Assembly: GCA_947591495.1 (NCBI GenBank)
Contig: CANQDG010000006.1
Span: forward strand, 375-64,374
Direction: 5' to 3'
Origin: an uncultured Bacilli bacterium
GTDB lineage: Bacteria > Bacillota_I > Bacilli_A > ML615J-28 > CAG-313
Length of the DNA stretch: 64,000 nt
The position numbers and the translations under genes are program-made. Under the pieces are notes generated by a model, which had not been told where the DNA came from, did not search any database, and saw only the letters and a list, made by a program, of their open reading frames with translations. Below are positions 19,891 to 29,001 of the stretch, in pieces. Positions within the stretch are counted from its first letter, which is position 1, and each line of letters begins with the position of its first letter.

Positions 19891-20535
19891 ATGAAAGTCG
19901 CATGTTCGATTCTTTCAGTATTAGATCAAAATCTTGATACGATTATTAAAACGCTAGAAGATGCTCAAGTTGATTATTTACATTTAGATGTAATGGATAA
20001 TAAATTTGTTCCAAATTATACTTTTGATGAACAATTTGTAAGTAAAATAAAAGCCAAAACTAGTCTTACTTTAGATACACATTTAATGATAAAAAATCCA
20101 CTTCAAAAAATTGATAGCTATCTTAAAACCAAAAGTGATTTTCTTTGCTTTCATTTAGAAGCAACCCGTAGTCCCCAAAAAATCATCGATAAAATAAAAG
20201 AAGCATCCTTAAGGGTTGGTATAGCAATCAAGCCAAAAACTGATGTTAAAAAGCTTATTCCTTATTTAAAAGATTTAGATTTAATTTTAGTTATGAGTGT
20301 TGAACCAGGTTTTGGTGGTCAGAAATTTCAAGAAGAAGTTTTGGAAAAGGTTACTTATTTAAAGAAAATGAAGGAAAAATTTGCTTATAAATATTTAATA
20401 GAAATGGATGGAGGAATTAATCCAACAACGGCTGAACTTGCTAAAAAGGCTGGTTGTGATGTTATTGTTGTTGGAACTTATCTATTTCAAAATGGCATGC
20501 TTTCTGAAAATCTTGAAAGGTTAAAAGCTATATGA
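19891..20535 (+). CDS. rpe: Ribulose-phosphate 3-epimerase
   Basis: Motifs HLDVMD, DTHLM, MSVEPGFGGQKF and DGGIN. Confidence 0.96.
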   Translation: MKVACSILSVLDQNLDTIIKTLEDAQVDYLHLDVMDNKFVPNYTFDEQFVSKIKAKTSLTLDTHLMIKNPLQKIDSYLKTKSDFLCFHLEATRSPQKIIDKIKEASLRVGIAIKPKTDVKKLIPYLKDLDLILVMSVEPGFGGQKFQEEVLEKVTYLKKMKEKFAYKYLIEMDGGINPTTAELAKKAGCDVIVVGTYLFQNGMLSENLERLKAI

Positions 20536-21167
20536 GAATCATTATCGTAGGATCATCACCGGTTAAAACTTTTTTCAAAAAGTATCAATTAAATCCATCG
20601 GATTATTTTATTGGTGTTGATGGGGGAGCCTTAGAACTTTTAAAAAAAGATATTAAACCAGATCTTGCCATTGGCGACTTTGATAGCACTAATGATTTTG
20701 AGAAAGTCAAAAAAGAAGCATATGAAGTAAAGTGCTACAATCCTTGTAAAGATGAAACCGATTTGGAATTAGCCTTTAAAGCCTTAGAAAATTTAAAAGG
20801 TGCAACTAATTTAGAAATTGATGTTTATGATGCTATAGGTGGTAGGTTAGATCATGAGTTTAATGCTTATTTGTTACTCGCTAAATATAAGCAATATAAA
20901 ATACACTTACTTGATGATAAAAATGAAGTTTTATGCCTTAACAAAGGCCAAGCCGTTTATCTAAAAAAAGCTTCTTGTCAATATTTTTCAGTTTTTGCCT
21001 TAGAAAGTGCTGTTATTAATATTAATAATAGTTTATATAATTTAGAAAATCGCCTTTTAAAATTATTTGATACTTATGCCATTAGTAATGAACCTTTAAA
21101 CGATCATACGCGCGCTATAATCGAAGTCAAAGAAGGTAGCATCATCGTTTTTATTAATTATAAATAA
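20532..21167 (+). CDS. thiN: Thiamine diphosphokinase
   Basis: Motifs GVDGG, GDFDS, KDETDLELA and GGRLDH. Confidence 0.92.
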   Translation: MRIIIVGSSPVKTFFKKYQLNPSDYFIGVDGGALELLKKDIKPDLAIGDFDSTNDFEKVKKEAYEVKCYNPCKDETDLELAFKALENLKGATNLEIDVYDAIGGRLDHEFNAYLLLAKYKQYKIHLLDDKNEVLCLNKGQAVYLKKASCQYFSVFALESAVININNSLYNLENRLLKLFDTYAISNEPLNDHTRAIIEVKEGSIIVFINYK

Positions 21168-21172
21168 ATTTA

Positions 21173-21200
21173 GCATATTATAATCAAGTGTTCATATAAT
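21173..21200 (+). promoter_or_regulatory. Putative sigma-E promoter of spoVM
   Basis: GCATATT-N13-CATATAAT resembles the sigma-E consensus. Confidence 0.55.
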
Positions 21201-21221
21201 GGAGTAAGTAGGAGGTATTAT

Positions 21222-21308
21222 ATGCACTTTCATATTATAAAATTGCCCAAATTTCTTTCTAAGATAATTGCCTTCTTTGTAAAACTTTTTACAAAGAAAG
21301 AAAAGTAA
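21222..21308 (+). CDS. spoVM: Stage V sporulation protein M (28 aa; absent from the ORF track)
   Basis: MHFHIIKLPKFLSKIIAFFVKLFTKKEK keeps the IKLPKFL core with Pro9. AGGAGG RBS and the canonical position after thiN. Confidence 0.9.
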   Translation: MHFHIIKLPKFLSKIIAFFVKLFTKKEK

Positions 21309-21309
21309 A

Positions 21310-21340
21310 AAAATGATAGAGTTTATGCTCTACCATTTTT
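21310..21340 (+). terminator. Terminator after spoVM
   Basis: AAATGATAGAG/CTCTACCATTTTT hairpin followed by T-run. Confidence 0.55.
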
Positions 21341-21409
21341 AATTTGTGTATGACTTGCGACAAAGATAAAAATTTGATAAAATATAAATAGAAAAGATGA
21401 GGAAATACT

Positions 21410-22654
21410 ATGAAAGAATTTATGCCCCAAGAAAATCAAAATAAAAAAGTCCAAGAAAATGTCCTAGCCATCTCTGCTAAAGCCAGAGAAGAAAAAGCCC
21501 ATAATCCGGCTATCATTAATGCAACTTCTGGTACATATTATGACGAAGATGGTAGCATTAAAGTTTTTGAATGCGTCAAAGATATCTTTAATCATCCTAA
21601 TTATAATAATATTTTAACATATAGTAGTGTTACAGGATCAAAGTCCTTTTTAGATGCTGTCAAAAAATGGATCTTTGGTGATGACTATGAACAAGCTTAT
21701 CCTAATTATTATTTTAATGCCATTGCAACCCCCGGGGGAACTGGCGCTTTAACAATGAGTCTTGCTACATATCTTACACCAAGTGAGGGAATTATGTTAC
21801 CTAATATTATGTGGCCTGTTTATACCCAAATGGCAACTAATTTAAATATTAAACCTCATCTATATGAGCTTTTTGACGAACAAAATAAACTTAATTTAGC
21901 AAGTATTAAAAAAGTTGCCCAAGAGTTACAAACTAAATATCAAAAAGTTGCTTTAATCATTAATGATCCTTGTCATAATCCAACGGGTTATAGTATGACT
22001 AAAGATGATTATGTCGGACTAATTGATTTGTTAAATGAGCTTGCCACTAAAACCAAAGTTATTTTAATTTTAGATATTGCCTATTTAGATTATGGTCATT
22101 CATCTGGTCAAATAACACGCAAGCATTTTAAACTTTTAACTAAATTATCATCAAATGTGATGACGCTATTTACTTTTAGTGCTTCTAAAACGTTTGGTTT
22201 ATATGGTTTAAGATTAGGAGCTTTAATTCAAATGACCACTCTTTTAAAAGAAGCTGATTTATTTGTAAGTGCGACCTCTTATTTTGCAAGAGCAACCTGG
22301 TCTAATGTCAGTCACTTAGGAATGGAAATCATTGAAAAAACTTTAACGGATGAAAAGAAAAAACAAGCCTTTACGAAAGAGATTTTAATTGCTTCTAATA
22401 ATTTAGCTAAAAGAGCAGAACTTTTTATTGCTTCTTTACAAAAATATCAAGTTCCATTTGCGCCATATGTTAATGGTTTCTTTGTGCTTATTCTTGTTGA
22501 TAATGAATCATTTGAAAACGAGATTGCTAAAAAAGGTGCTTATGGATGCCACTTTGGCAAGGGTTACCGCGTTGCTTTATCAAGCATTAATTTAGATGAA
22601 GCACCTAAATTAGGCGATATTATTGGTCAAGCTTATCAAAAAACTTTAGGTTAA
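21410..22654 (+). CDS. PLP-dependent aminotransferase class I/II
   Basis: Motifs TPGGTGAL, NDPCHNPTGYS, LDIAY and SASKTFGLYGLRLG. Confidence 0.92.
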   Translation: MKEFMPQENQNKKVQENVLAISAKAREEKAHNPAIINATSGTYYDEDGSIKVFECVKDIFNHPNYNNILTYSSVTGSKSFLDAVKKWIFGDDYEQAYPNYYFNAIATPGGTGALTMSLATYLTPSEGIMLPNIMWPVYTQMATNLNIKPHLYELFDEQNKLNLASIKKVAQELQTKYQKVALIINDPCHNPTGYSMTKDDYVGLIDLLNELATKTKVILILDIAYLDYGHSSGQITRKHFKLLTKLSSNVMTLFTFSASKTFGLYGLRLGALIQMTTLLKEADLFVSATSYFARATWSNVSHLGMEIIEKTLTDEKKKQAFTKEILIASNNLAKRAELFIASLQKYQVPFAPYVNGFFVLILVDNESFENEIAKKGAYGCHFGKGYRVALSSINLDEAPKLGDIIGQAYQKTLG

Positions 22655-22719
22655 GAAAAATAAAAAACGGTAAAAGAAAAACTTTTACCATTTTTTAATA
22701 GATTAAATTAAAACTTATT

Positions 22720-23493
22720 TTAGATAGGCTTATTGATTTGACGAAGTTTTTCCGATAAAATTTCTTCTTCGGTTGGTTCATCTTGGGCTGTTTCAATATG
22801 CTTTCTAATTTCAAGCATCTTTTTATCGGTATCATTTATGACTCTAGCACATTTTTTTAGTTCAGCTACAATTTTGTCTTGATCAGGAATCATCTTTTTA
22901 TATTTCATTTGATGCTCTAAACTTGCCCAAAAATCCATTGCCATCGTTCTAATTTGTACTTCAACTTTCATATCACGCTTTTTCTTAGCAAAAAAGACTG
23001 GAACACTGATAATTAAATGTAAGCTACGATAACCATTTTCTTTAGGATTTTCAATATAGTCTTTTTTTTCTAAAAGCGTAATATCATCTTGCTTTAAAAA
23101 AGAATCAGCCAGTTCATATATATCATCAATATAAGTACAAACAACTCGCACACCTGCGATATCATTAAGATTTTGTTCAACACTTTCAATTGTTAAAGGT
23201 AACTTTTTTCTAGCAAGTTTATTGAAAATACTATCACGACTTTTAAGCCTTGTATTGATATAATTTATGGGATTTCGTTTAAAACGACAATTAAATTCCG
23301 TGCTTAAAACTTCGAATTTGGTTTTGACTTCTTTGATAGCACAAGTATACATCATTTCGAGTTCGTGAAATTGGGCCATTGATAAAATGGCTTTTTTAGC
23401 TTCACGATTAATAAGATCGCGTAATTCAACATCTTCAATTAGATGATTTTCTTTTGATGGAATAAGTGGCGAAACTAAAGTTTTATCGTTCAT
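22720..23493 (-). CDS. Small alarmone synthetase (RelP/RelQ-type GTP pyrophosphokinase)
   Basis: Motifs RLKS, DIAGVRV, GYRSLH and EVQIRTMAMDFWASLEH. Confidence 0.93.
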   Translation of the reverse strand: MNDKTLVSPLIPSKENHLIEDVELRDLINREAKKAILSMAQFHELEMMYTCAIKEVKTKFEVLSTEFNCRFKRNPINYINTRLKSRDSIFNKLARKKLPLTIESVEQNLNDIAGVRVVCTYIDDIYELADSFLKQDDITLLEKKDYIENPKENGYRSLHLIISVPVFFAKKKRDMKVEVQIRTMAMDFWASLEHQMKYKKMIPDQDKIVAELKKCARVINDTDKKMLEIRKHIETAQDEPTEEEILSEKLRQINKPI

Positions 23494-23608
23494 TTGAACC
23501 TCCTCAATTGCTTTTTAAAAATAATCTTTCAACATTAAGAAAAAAAAGCGGTTTGGCTTTAGTCAAACTGCTTAATTTTAATTCTACATTAAACTTCTTG
23601 CTTGTTGT

Positions 23609-23809
23609 TTAAGCACGTTCAATTGTACCGTTTTTAAGACCTGTGCGTAAAGCACGAGTAGATACGTACACTCGAATGATGCGACCATTTTCATCTTTAA
23701 TATGAACTTTTTGAAGATTGGGCTTCCAAGTACGACGAGTTGCATGTAATGAGTGAGAACGATTATTTCCGGCTTTAGGTCCTAAACCTGTAATATAACA
23801 TTTTGCCAT
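23609..23809 (-). CDS. rpmB: 50S ribosomal protein L28
   Basis: [25 protein letters not shown]. Confidence 0.97.
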   Translation of the reverse strand: MAKCYITGLGPKAGNNRSHSLHATRRTWKPNLQKVHIKDENGRIIRVYVSTRALRTGLKNGTIERA

Positions 23810-24109
23810 GATAGTTCCTCCTTAAATTTGATACTTTTAAATACCATCATATTATATCAAAAAAGTTCTGTTTTGGCAAATAAATTACTATGAAAAAACA
23901 AAATCTATCGCTTATTTCAATCTAAAAAACCATAAATATAATAACTTTTTATACATATAATGAATTAAGGTAATTAAAGATTAACAAGAAAAAATGTCGA
24001 AAAAAGTGTCTTTAAAATTTTATATTGCTTGCAAAAAGATAAAAAATATGATAGAATGTATTAGCATATTTATATTATATTAGATAATACCTATATAAGG
24101 AGGAATATT

Positions 24110-25804
24110 ATGCAACATTTAAAAATAGATGGTGAGTTATTCAAACAACTTGTCATTAATGGTGCAGCCAACTTATCAATTAATTATAAAGAAGTTGATG
24201 CACTTAATGTTTTCCCAGTTCCAGATGGTGATACAGGTACAAATATGCGTATGACAATCGAAGCTGGTGCAAACGAGATTAGAACTTTTGAGGAAAAGTC
24301 GATATATGAAGTCGCAAAAAAAATATCACGTGGTATGCTTATGGGAGCAAGAGGAAATTCGGGAGTTATCCTTTCCCAATTTTTCCGGGGAATTTATAAA
24401 GGATTTAATGGCATTGAAGAAGCAACTGTTAAAGAATTTGGAAAGGCCTTTCTTAATGGAGTTGAACAAGCATATCATGCTGTTCAAAAACCAGTTGAAG
24501 GAACAATTTTAACGGTTGCGAAAGATTCTAGTAAAAAAGCTTTTCGGATAATCAAAAAGGGTACAACTTTAGAAGACTTTTTTAAAGTGCTAATTGATGA
24601 AGCTCATGCTTCACTTGGTCGTACTCCTAGTTTACTACATGTATTACAAGAAGCCGGAGTTGTTGATTCAGGTGGTGCAGGATTAGTATATATTTTTGAA
24701 GGTATGAGCAAATTCTTAAATGGCGAAATAATTAAAGCCAACGAACAAGCAGTAACTCACATTCCAATTGTTCCCCAAGGCACATTTAATGCTGATAGCG
24801 AACTTGAATATGGTTATTGTACAGAATTTATTTTACAACTTCAAAATAAAAAAGTTGATGTAAACAAATTTGATGTCAAAACGATTGTTGATTTCCTTGA
24901 AAAATTAGGCGATAGTATTGTGGCTTTAAAAGATGAAGATGTTGTCAAAATTCATGTTCATACTAAAACTCCAGGGGATGTTTTAAATCATTGCCAACAA
25001 TATGGTGAATATGTTACATTAAAAATTGAAAACATGTCAGTTCAACATAATGAAATTATGTTAAATTCAGAAACAGCTAATACACCTGTTGCCAATTGTA
25101 ATTGTCCACAATGTGTTGAAGCTCGTAAAGAAACATCTCGTAAAAAATTTGCTATCGTCGCGGTAGCATCAGGTGAAGGATTAATCGAATTATTTAAAGA
25201 AATGGGCGTTGATTATGTAGTTGAAGGCGGTCAAAGTATGAACCCTGCTGCTGAAGATTTTGTTAAAGGTTTTGATAGCCTCAATGCTGAACATATCATT
25301 GTTTTCCCTAATAATTCTAATATTGTCCTAACCGCACAACAAGCTGCTAAATATTATGACAAAGCTAATATTCATGTTGCTTCAAGTAAAACATTAGCAC
25401 AAGGATATTCAGCTTTAACTATGATTGATTTAAGCAGTGGTGATATTGATACCATTCTTGCTGAAATCGATGATGTAATTAGTAATGTTACAACTGGTCT
25501 TGTTACATATTCAACAAGAGATACCGAAATTGAAGGTGTTCACATTGAAAAAGATGATAATATCGGTATTTGTGATGGTAAAATTGTCGTATCTGAAAAG
25601 AATCGGCTTGCAGCTGTCAAAGGTATCTTAGAACATACTGATTTAACTACTAAAGAAATTATCACCATCATTTATGGTAAAGATGTATCAGATGAAGAAG
25701 TAGAAGAAATTAAAAAATTAATTACTGATGAATATCCATCACTTGAAATGGATGTCATTGAAGGAAAACAAGAAATTTATAGTTATATTTTATCAATTGA
25801 ATAA
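24110..25804 (+). CDS. fakA: Fatty acid kinase subunit A (DAK2/YloV)
   Basis: Motifs LNVFPVPDGDTGTNM, GARGNSGVILSQ, YGYCTEF and GGQSMNP. Confidence 0.93.
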   Translation: MQHLKIDGELFKQLVINGAANLSINYKEVDALNVFPVPDGDTGTNMRMTIEAGANEIRTFEEKSIYEVAKKISRGMLMGARGNSGVILSQFFRGIYKGFNGIEEATVKEFGKAFLNGVEQAYHAVQKPVEGTILTVAKDSSKKAFRIIKKGTTLEDFFKVLIDEAHASLGRTPSLLHVLQEAGVVDSGGAGLVYIFEGMSKFLNGEIIKANEQAVTHIPIVPQGTFNADSELEYGYCTEFILQLQNKKVDVNKFDVKTIVDFLEKLGDSIVALKDEDVVKIHVHTKTPGDVLNHCQQYGEYVTLKIENMSVQHNEIMLNSETANTPVANCNCPQCVEARKETSRKKFAIVAVASGEGLIELFKEMGVDYVVEGGQSMNPAAEDFVKGFDSLNAEHIIVFPNNSNIVLTAQQAAKYYDKANIHVASSKTLAQGYSALTMIDLSSGDIDTILAEIDDVISNVTTGLVTYSTRDTEIEGVHIEKDDNIGICDGKIVVSEKNRLAAVKGILEHTDLTTKEIITIIYGKDVSDEEVEEIKKLITDEYPSLEMDVIEGKQEIYSYILSIE

Positions 25805-25845
25805 AAGTGGAGCCATCTCCACTTTTTCTAAAATAGGAGACTTAT

Positions 25846-27885
25846 ATGCTTAAGGAACATTTATTAGCTAATGAAGATTATATTTTGGCTCGCTACGTTA
25901 ATTTTTTTAAGAAAAAAGAAATCTTAACAGTTGCCGATCTCTTATTTGATTTTCCCCTTAAATATGAAGATTTTACGGTTAAATCAATCAAGGATGCCGA
26001 ACTTGATACGCCTACCATTTTAGAAGGAACGATTATTTCGAAAGTAACCGTTAATTATCTAAAAAGTAAACTTTCAACTGTTGTTTTCCAATTAGAAGTT
26101 GAAGGTCAAAAAATTCGATGTACAATTTTTAATCGCGTATATTTAAAAGGCAAATTAAATTATGGAACAGTTTTAAGAGTTCAAGGCAAGTTTTATCAAA
26201 ATATGAATAATTTTACCGTCAATAATTTTATTATTTGTGATGAATTAAATAAAAATATCATTCCGATTTATCGTACCAAAGATATTAATGAAACGAAGTA
26301 TTTAGAAATTATTAGCATGGTTTATCGGCGTTTTAAAGATGAAATAAAAGAAACCTTGCCCAAGGAGATTATAACCAAATATCAATTTCCATCACTTAAA
26401 GAAACAGTTAACATTCTCCATTTTTCTGATAATATGGAAGAAATTAACAAAGCTATTCAACGTGTAAAATATGAAGAATTGTTACAGTATCAATTTTCCA
26501 TGAAATACTTACATTATATGCGCCAAAACGAACATAATTGTCCAATAATTAATTATGATGAAAAAATGCTTAATAAGCTAAAAATGTCCCTTAATTATGA
26601 ACTAACATCTGATCAAGAAAAAGCAATTAATGATATTTTGAAAGATTTAAAAGCTCCTTTTGCGATGAATAGGTTACTTCAAGGTGAAGTAGGTAGTGGT
26701 AAAACAATTGTTGCTATTATGTGTATGATAGCCGTTGTATCAGGCGGATATCAAGCTGCTTTAATGTGCCCAACAGAAATTTTATCTAAACAGCATTATC
26801 AAACAATTACCGACATTTTAGCACAATTTCAAGATATTAATATTGCTATTTTAACCGGTTCAACACCGGCTAAGCAACGTAAAGAAATAATAGAAAATTT
26901 AGCAAATGGTCAAATTAATATTATTATCGGCACCCATGCCTTATTTCAAAAAGATATCGATTATGCTAAACTTGGCATTGTAATTGCGGACGAAGAACAC
27001 CGCTTTGGCGTTCGTCAACGTGTTTTAATTCGCAATAAAGGACTTGATGTTAATTATTTAAAAATGAGTGCTACACCAATTCCACGTTCACTTGCCATTT
27101 CGGCTTATGGTGATACTGATATCTCGATTATTAAAACGATGCCTAAAAATAGAAAAGCTGTTATTACTAAATATGTTGATCAAAATCATAAACGTGATGT
27201 AATTAATCATATGAGGCAAGAATTAGCAGTTGGCCATCAAATTTATGTAGTAACGCCGTTAATTGAAGAATCCGAGGCTATTGATACGGCTAATGCTACG
27301 GAAATTTATCAAAACATGGTCAAATATTTTGAAAACATTGCAACAGTTGGTCTTATTCATGGTAGACTTAAAACTGAAGAAAAAGAAGAAATTATGCAAA
27401 AGTTTTTAAATAATGAAATTCAAATTTTAGTGGCAACTAGTGTTATTGAAGTTGGAGTTAATGTTGTTAATGCTACAACAATCGTTGTCCTTGGGGCAGA
27501 ACGTTTTGGCGTTGCAACCTTACATCAATTAAGAGGAAGAGTAATGCGAAGTGATAGTATACCATATTGCTTTTTCATTGCTAATAATCCAACTGAGGCC
27601 AGTGTTGAAAGATTAGAAATGGTTGAAAAAAATACTGATGGGTTTAAACTAGCTGAATATGATTTATTACATCGTGGTCCAGGAGAATTTTTTGGTGAAA
27701 AGCAATCAGGCGCAATGAATTTTCATTATGCATCATTAAAAGATGATTCGGCCTTATTAGAACTTGCTAATAGTGATTCAGAAAATATCATCAATAATGA
27801 AGCTAATTTTACTGACCCTGACTATGATGAACTATTTAAAATTGCAAAAGCCAATTATCAAATGAAACAAAAAGAATTAGATTAA
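25846..27885 (+). CDS. recG: ATP-dependent DNA helicase RecG
   Basis: Motifs RLLQGEVGSGKT, DEEHRFG, MSATPIPR, HQLRGRV and RGPGEFFG. Confidence 0.96.
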   Translation: MLKEHLLANEDYILARYVNFFKKKEILTVADLLFDFPLKYEDFTVKSIKDAELDTPTILEGTIISKVTVNYLKSKLSTVVFQLEVEGQKIRCTIFNRVYLKGKLNYGTVLRVQGKFYQNMNNFTVNNFIICDELNKNIIPIYRTKDINETKYLEIISMVYRRFKDEIKETLPKEIITKYQFPSLKETVNILHFSDNMEEINKAIQRVKYEELLQYQFSMKYLHYMRQNEHNCPIINYDEKMLNKLKMSLNYELTSDQEKAINDILKDLKAPFAMNRLLQGEVGSGKTIVAIMCMIAVVSGGYQAALMCPTEILSKQHYQTITDILAQFQDINIAILTGSTPAKQRKEIIENLANGQINIIIGTHALFQKDIDYAKLGIVIADEEHRFGVRQRVLIRNKGLDVNYLKMSATPIPRSLAISAYGDTDISIIKTMPKNRKAVITKYVDQNHKRDVINHMRQELAVGHQIYVVTPLIEESEAIDTANATEIYQNMVKYFENIATVGLIHGRLKTEEKEEIMQKFLNNEIQILVATSVIEVGVNVVNATTIVVLGAERFGVATLHQLRGRVMRSDSIPYCFFIANNPTEASVERLEMVEKNTDGFKLAEYDLLHRGPGEFFGEKQSGAMNFHYASLKDDSALLELANSDSENIINNEANFTDPDYDELFKIAKANYQMKQKELD

Positions 27886-27897
27886 CGAGGGAAGCCA

Positions 27898-28587
27898 ATG
27901 TTAAATAAGAAAATGTTAAATGAAATATTAGAAAAATACGACATTAAAGTTCAAGAATATGATCAGTTCCTTTTAGCAATGACTCATTCTTCTTATGCTA
28001 ATGAACACAATCTAAAAAGCAATGAACGAATTGAATTTTTAGGCGATGCTGTTTTAGGATTTTTAGTTGCAAGATATATATATGATAATTTCCCTGAAAT
28101 GCCTGAGGGTAAAATGAGTAAACTTAGAGCAACGTATGTTTGTGAAAATGCTAATGCTAAATATGCTCAAGAATTAAAAATTGATAAATTGCTTTTATTA
28201 GGCCATGGTGAAGAAATCTCCGGTGGTAGAAGTAAAGAAGCCGTTATTAATGATGCTTTTGAATCATTTTTAGGAGCGCTTTATTTAACTAATGGGCTAA
28301 GCGATGTTAAAAAAGTTTTAGAAAAAGTTGTTTTTCCTCATATTAAAGCTAATGATCAAGTTGAATTTATTGACTATAAAAGTATTTTACAAGAATATGT
28401 TCAAGCAGAAACAAGATCGGCATTAACATATGTTTTAATCAAAAAAGAAGGCACATCGAATGAACCAACCTTTACTATGTCAGTTTATCTTGATGGTATA
28501 ATTTTAGGAACTGGTAAGGGACGTTCTAAGAAAGATGCATCACAAGCTGCCGCAAAAGATGCCCTTTCTAAGGCTGCTCATAAATAG
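27898..28587 (+). CDS. rnc: Ribonuclease III
   Basis: NERIEFLGDAVL signature and C-terminal dsRBD. Confidence 0.97.
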   Translation: MLNKKMLNEILEKYDIKVQEYDQFLLAMTHSSYANEHNLKSNERIEFLGDAVLGFLVARYIYDNFPEMPEGKMSKLRATYVCENANAKYAQELKIDKLLLLGHGEEISGGRSKEAVINDAFESFLGALYLTNGLSDVKKVLEKVVFPHIKANDQVEFIDYKSILQEYVQAETRSALTYVLIKKEGTSNEPTFTMSVYLDGIILGTGKGRSKKDASQAAAKDALSKAAHK

Positions 28588-28628
28588 GACTTTTTTCAAC
28601 ATAAATTAACAAAAAATGATAAAATCTC

Positions 28629-28657
28629 TTGCAAAGTCAAAAAAAATGTGCTATAAT
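28629..28657 (+). promoter_or_regulatory. Sigma-A promoter with extended -10, driving a non-coding RNA
   Basis: TTGCAA-N17-TATAAT with TG at -15/-14. Confidence 0.75.
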
Positions 28658-28662
28658 ATTTG

Positions 28663-28797
28663 TGTGCGTGGATGAATGCCCCCCAATTTTAACATCCATG
28701 CATGTTGGAAGGCTGCCCCCCTACTTTATGGCCTTCCGAATCTAGTGAATTTTGAATAAAAGTAGACTGTTTTTTTAACAGTTTACTTTTATTTTTT
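28663..28797 (+). ncRNA. Candidate small RNA with two C-rich-loop hairpins and an intrinsic terminator
   Basis: Stem 28663-28674/28693-28704 and stem 28705-28714/28730-28739. The loops share TGCCCCCCwAyTTTA. Terminator at 28755-28797. GC-rich island with no credible ORF. Confidence 0.75.
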
Positions 28798-28854
28798 AGA
28801 TTAATTTTTTAATTTTTTAGTGCATTCCAATAATGCTTTTATGCATTCTACCTT

Positions 28855-28891
28855 ATTTGTTATTGCAAATAGCAATCAAATATAGTAAAAT
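28855..28891 (+). promoter_or_regulatory. Promoter of ABC operon 1 with an imperfect palindrome over the -35
   Basis: TTGCAA(28863)-N17-TAAAAT, with inverted repeat ATTTG-tt-ATTGC-N5-GCAAT-CAAAT. Confidence 0.5.
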
Positions 28892-29001
28892 ATTTCTAGT
28901 TATATTGCAAAAGTGCGCCATTTAAATGATACTGGCAAACTACCCCTTTTTATTAGTAATTAGTAAACGGGAAATAATATCAGAAAGGAATCGTCCTTTT
29001 A

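Noticed and set aside
23995-24001. Perfect Spo0A box TGTCGAA upstream of the fakA promoter
   Set aside because: A single 7-mer can arise by chance in 64 kb, and there is no supporting second site.
26980-27560. RecG motif variants (DEEH, RGRVMRS) as signs of inactivation
   Set aside because: All helicase motifs and the TRG motif are otherwise intact, consistent with ordinary divergence.
28663-28797. tRNA, SRP RNA or 6S RNA identity for the structured RNA
   Set aside because: No cloverleaf or TTCG T-loop, no SRP GNRA/AGCAG domain, and no long 6S rod with a central bubble.
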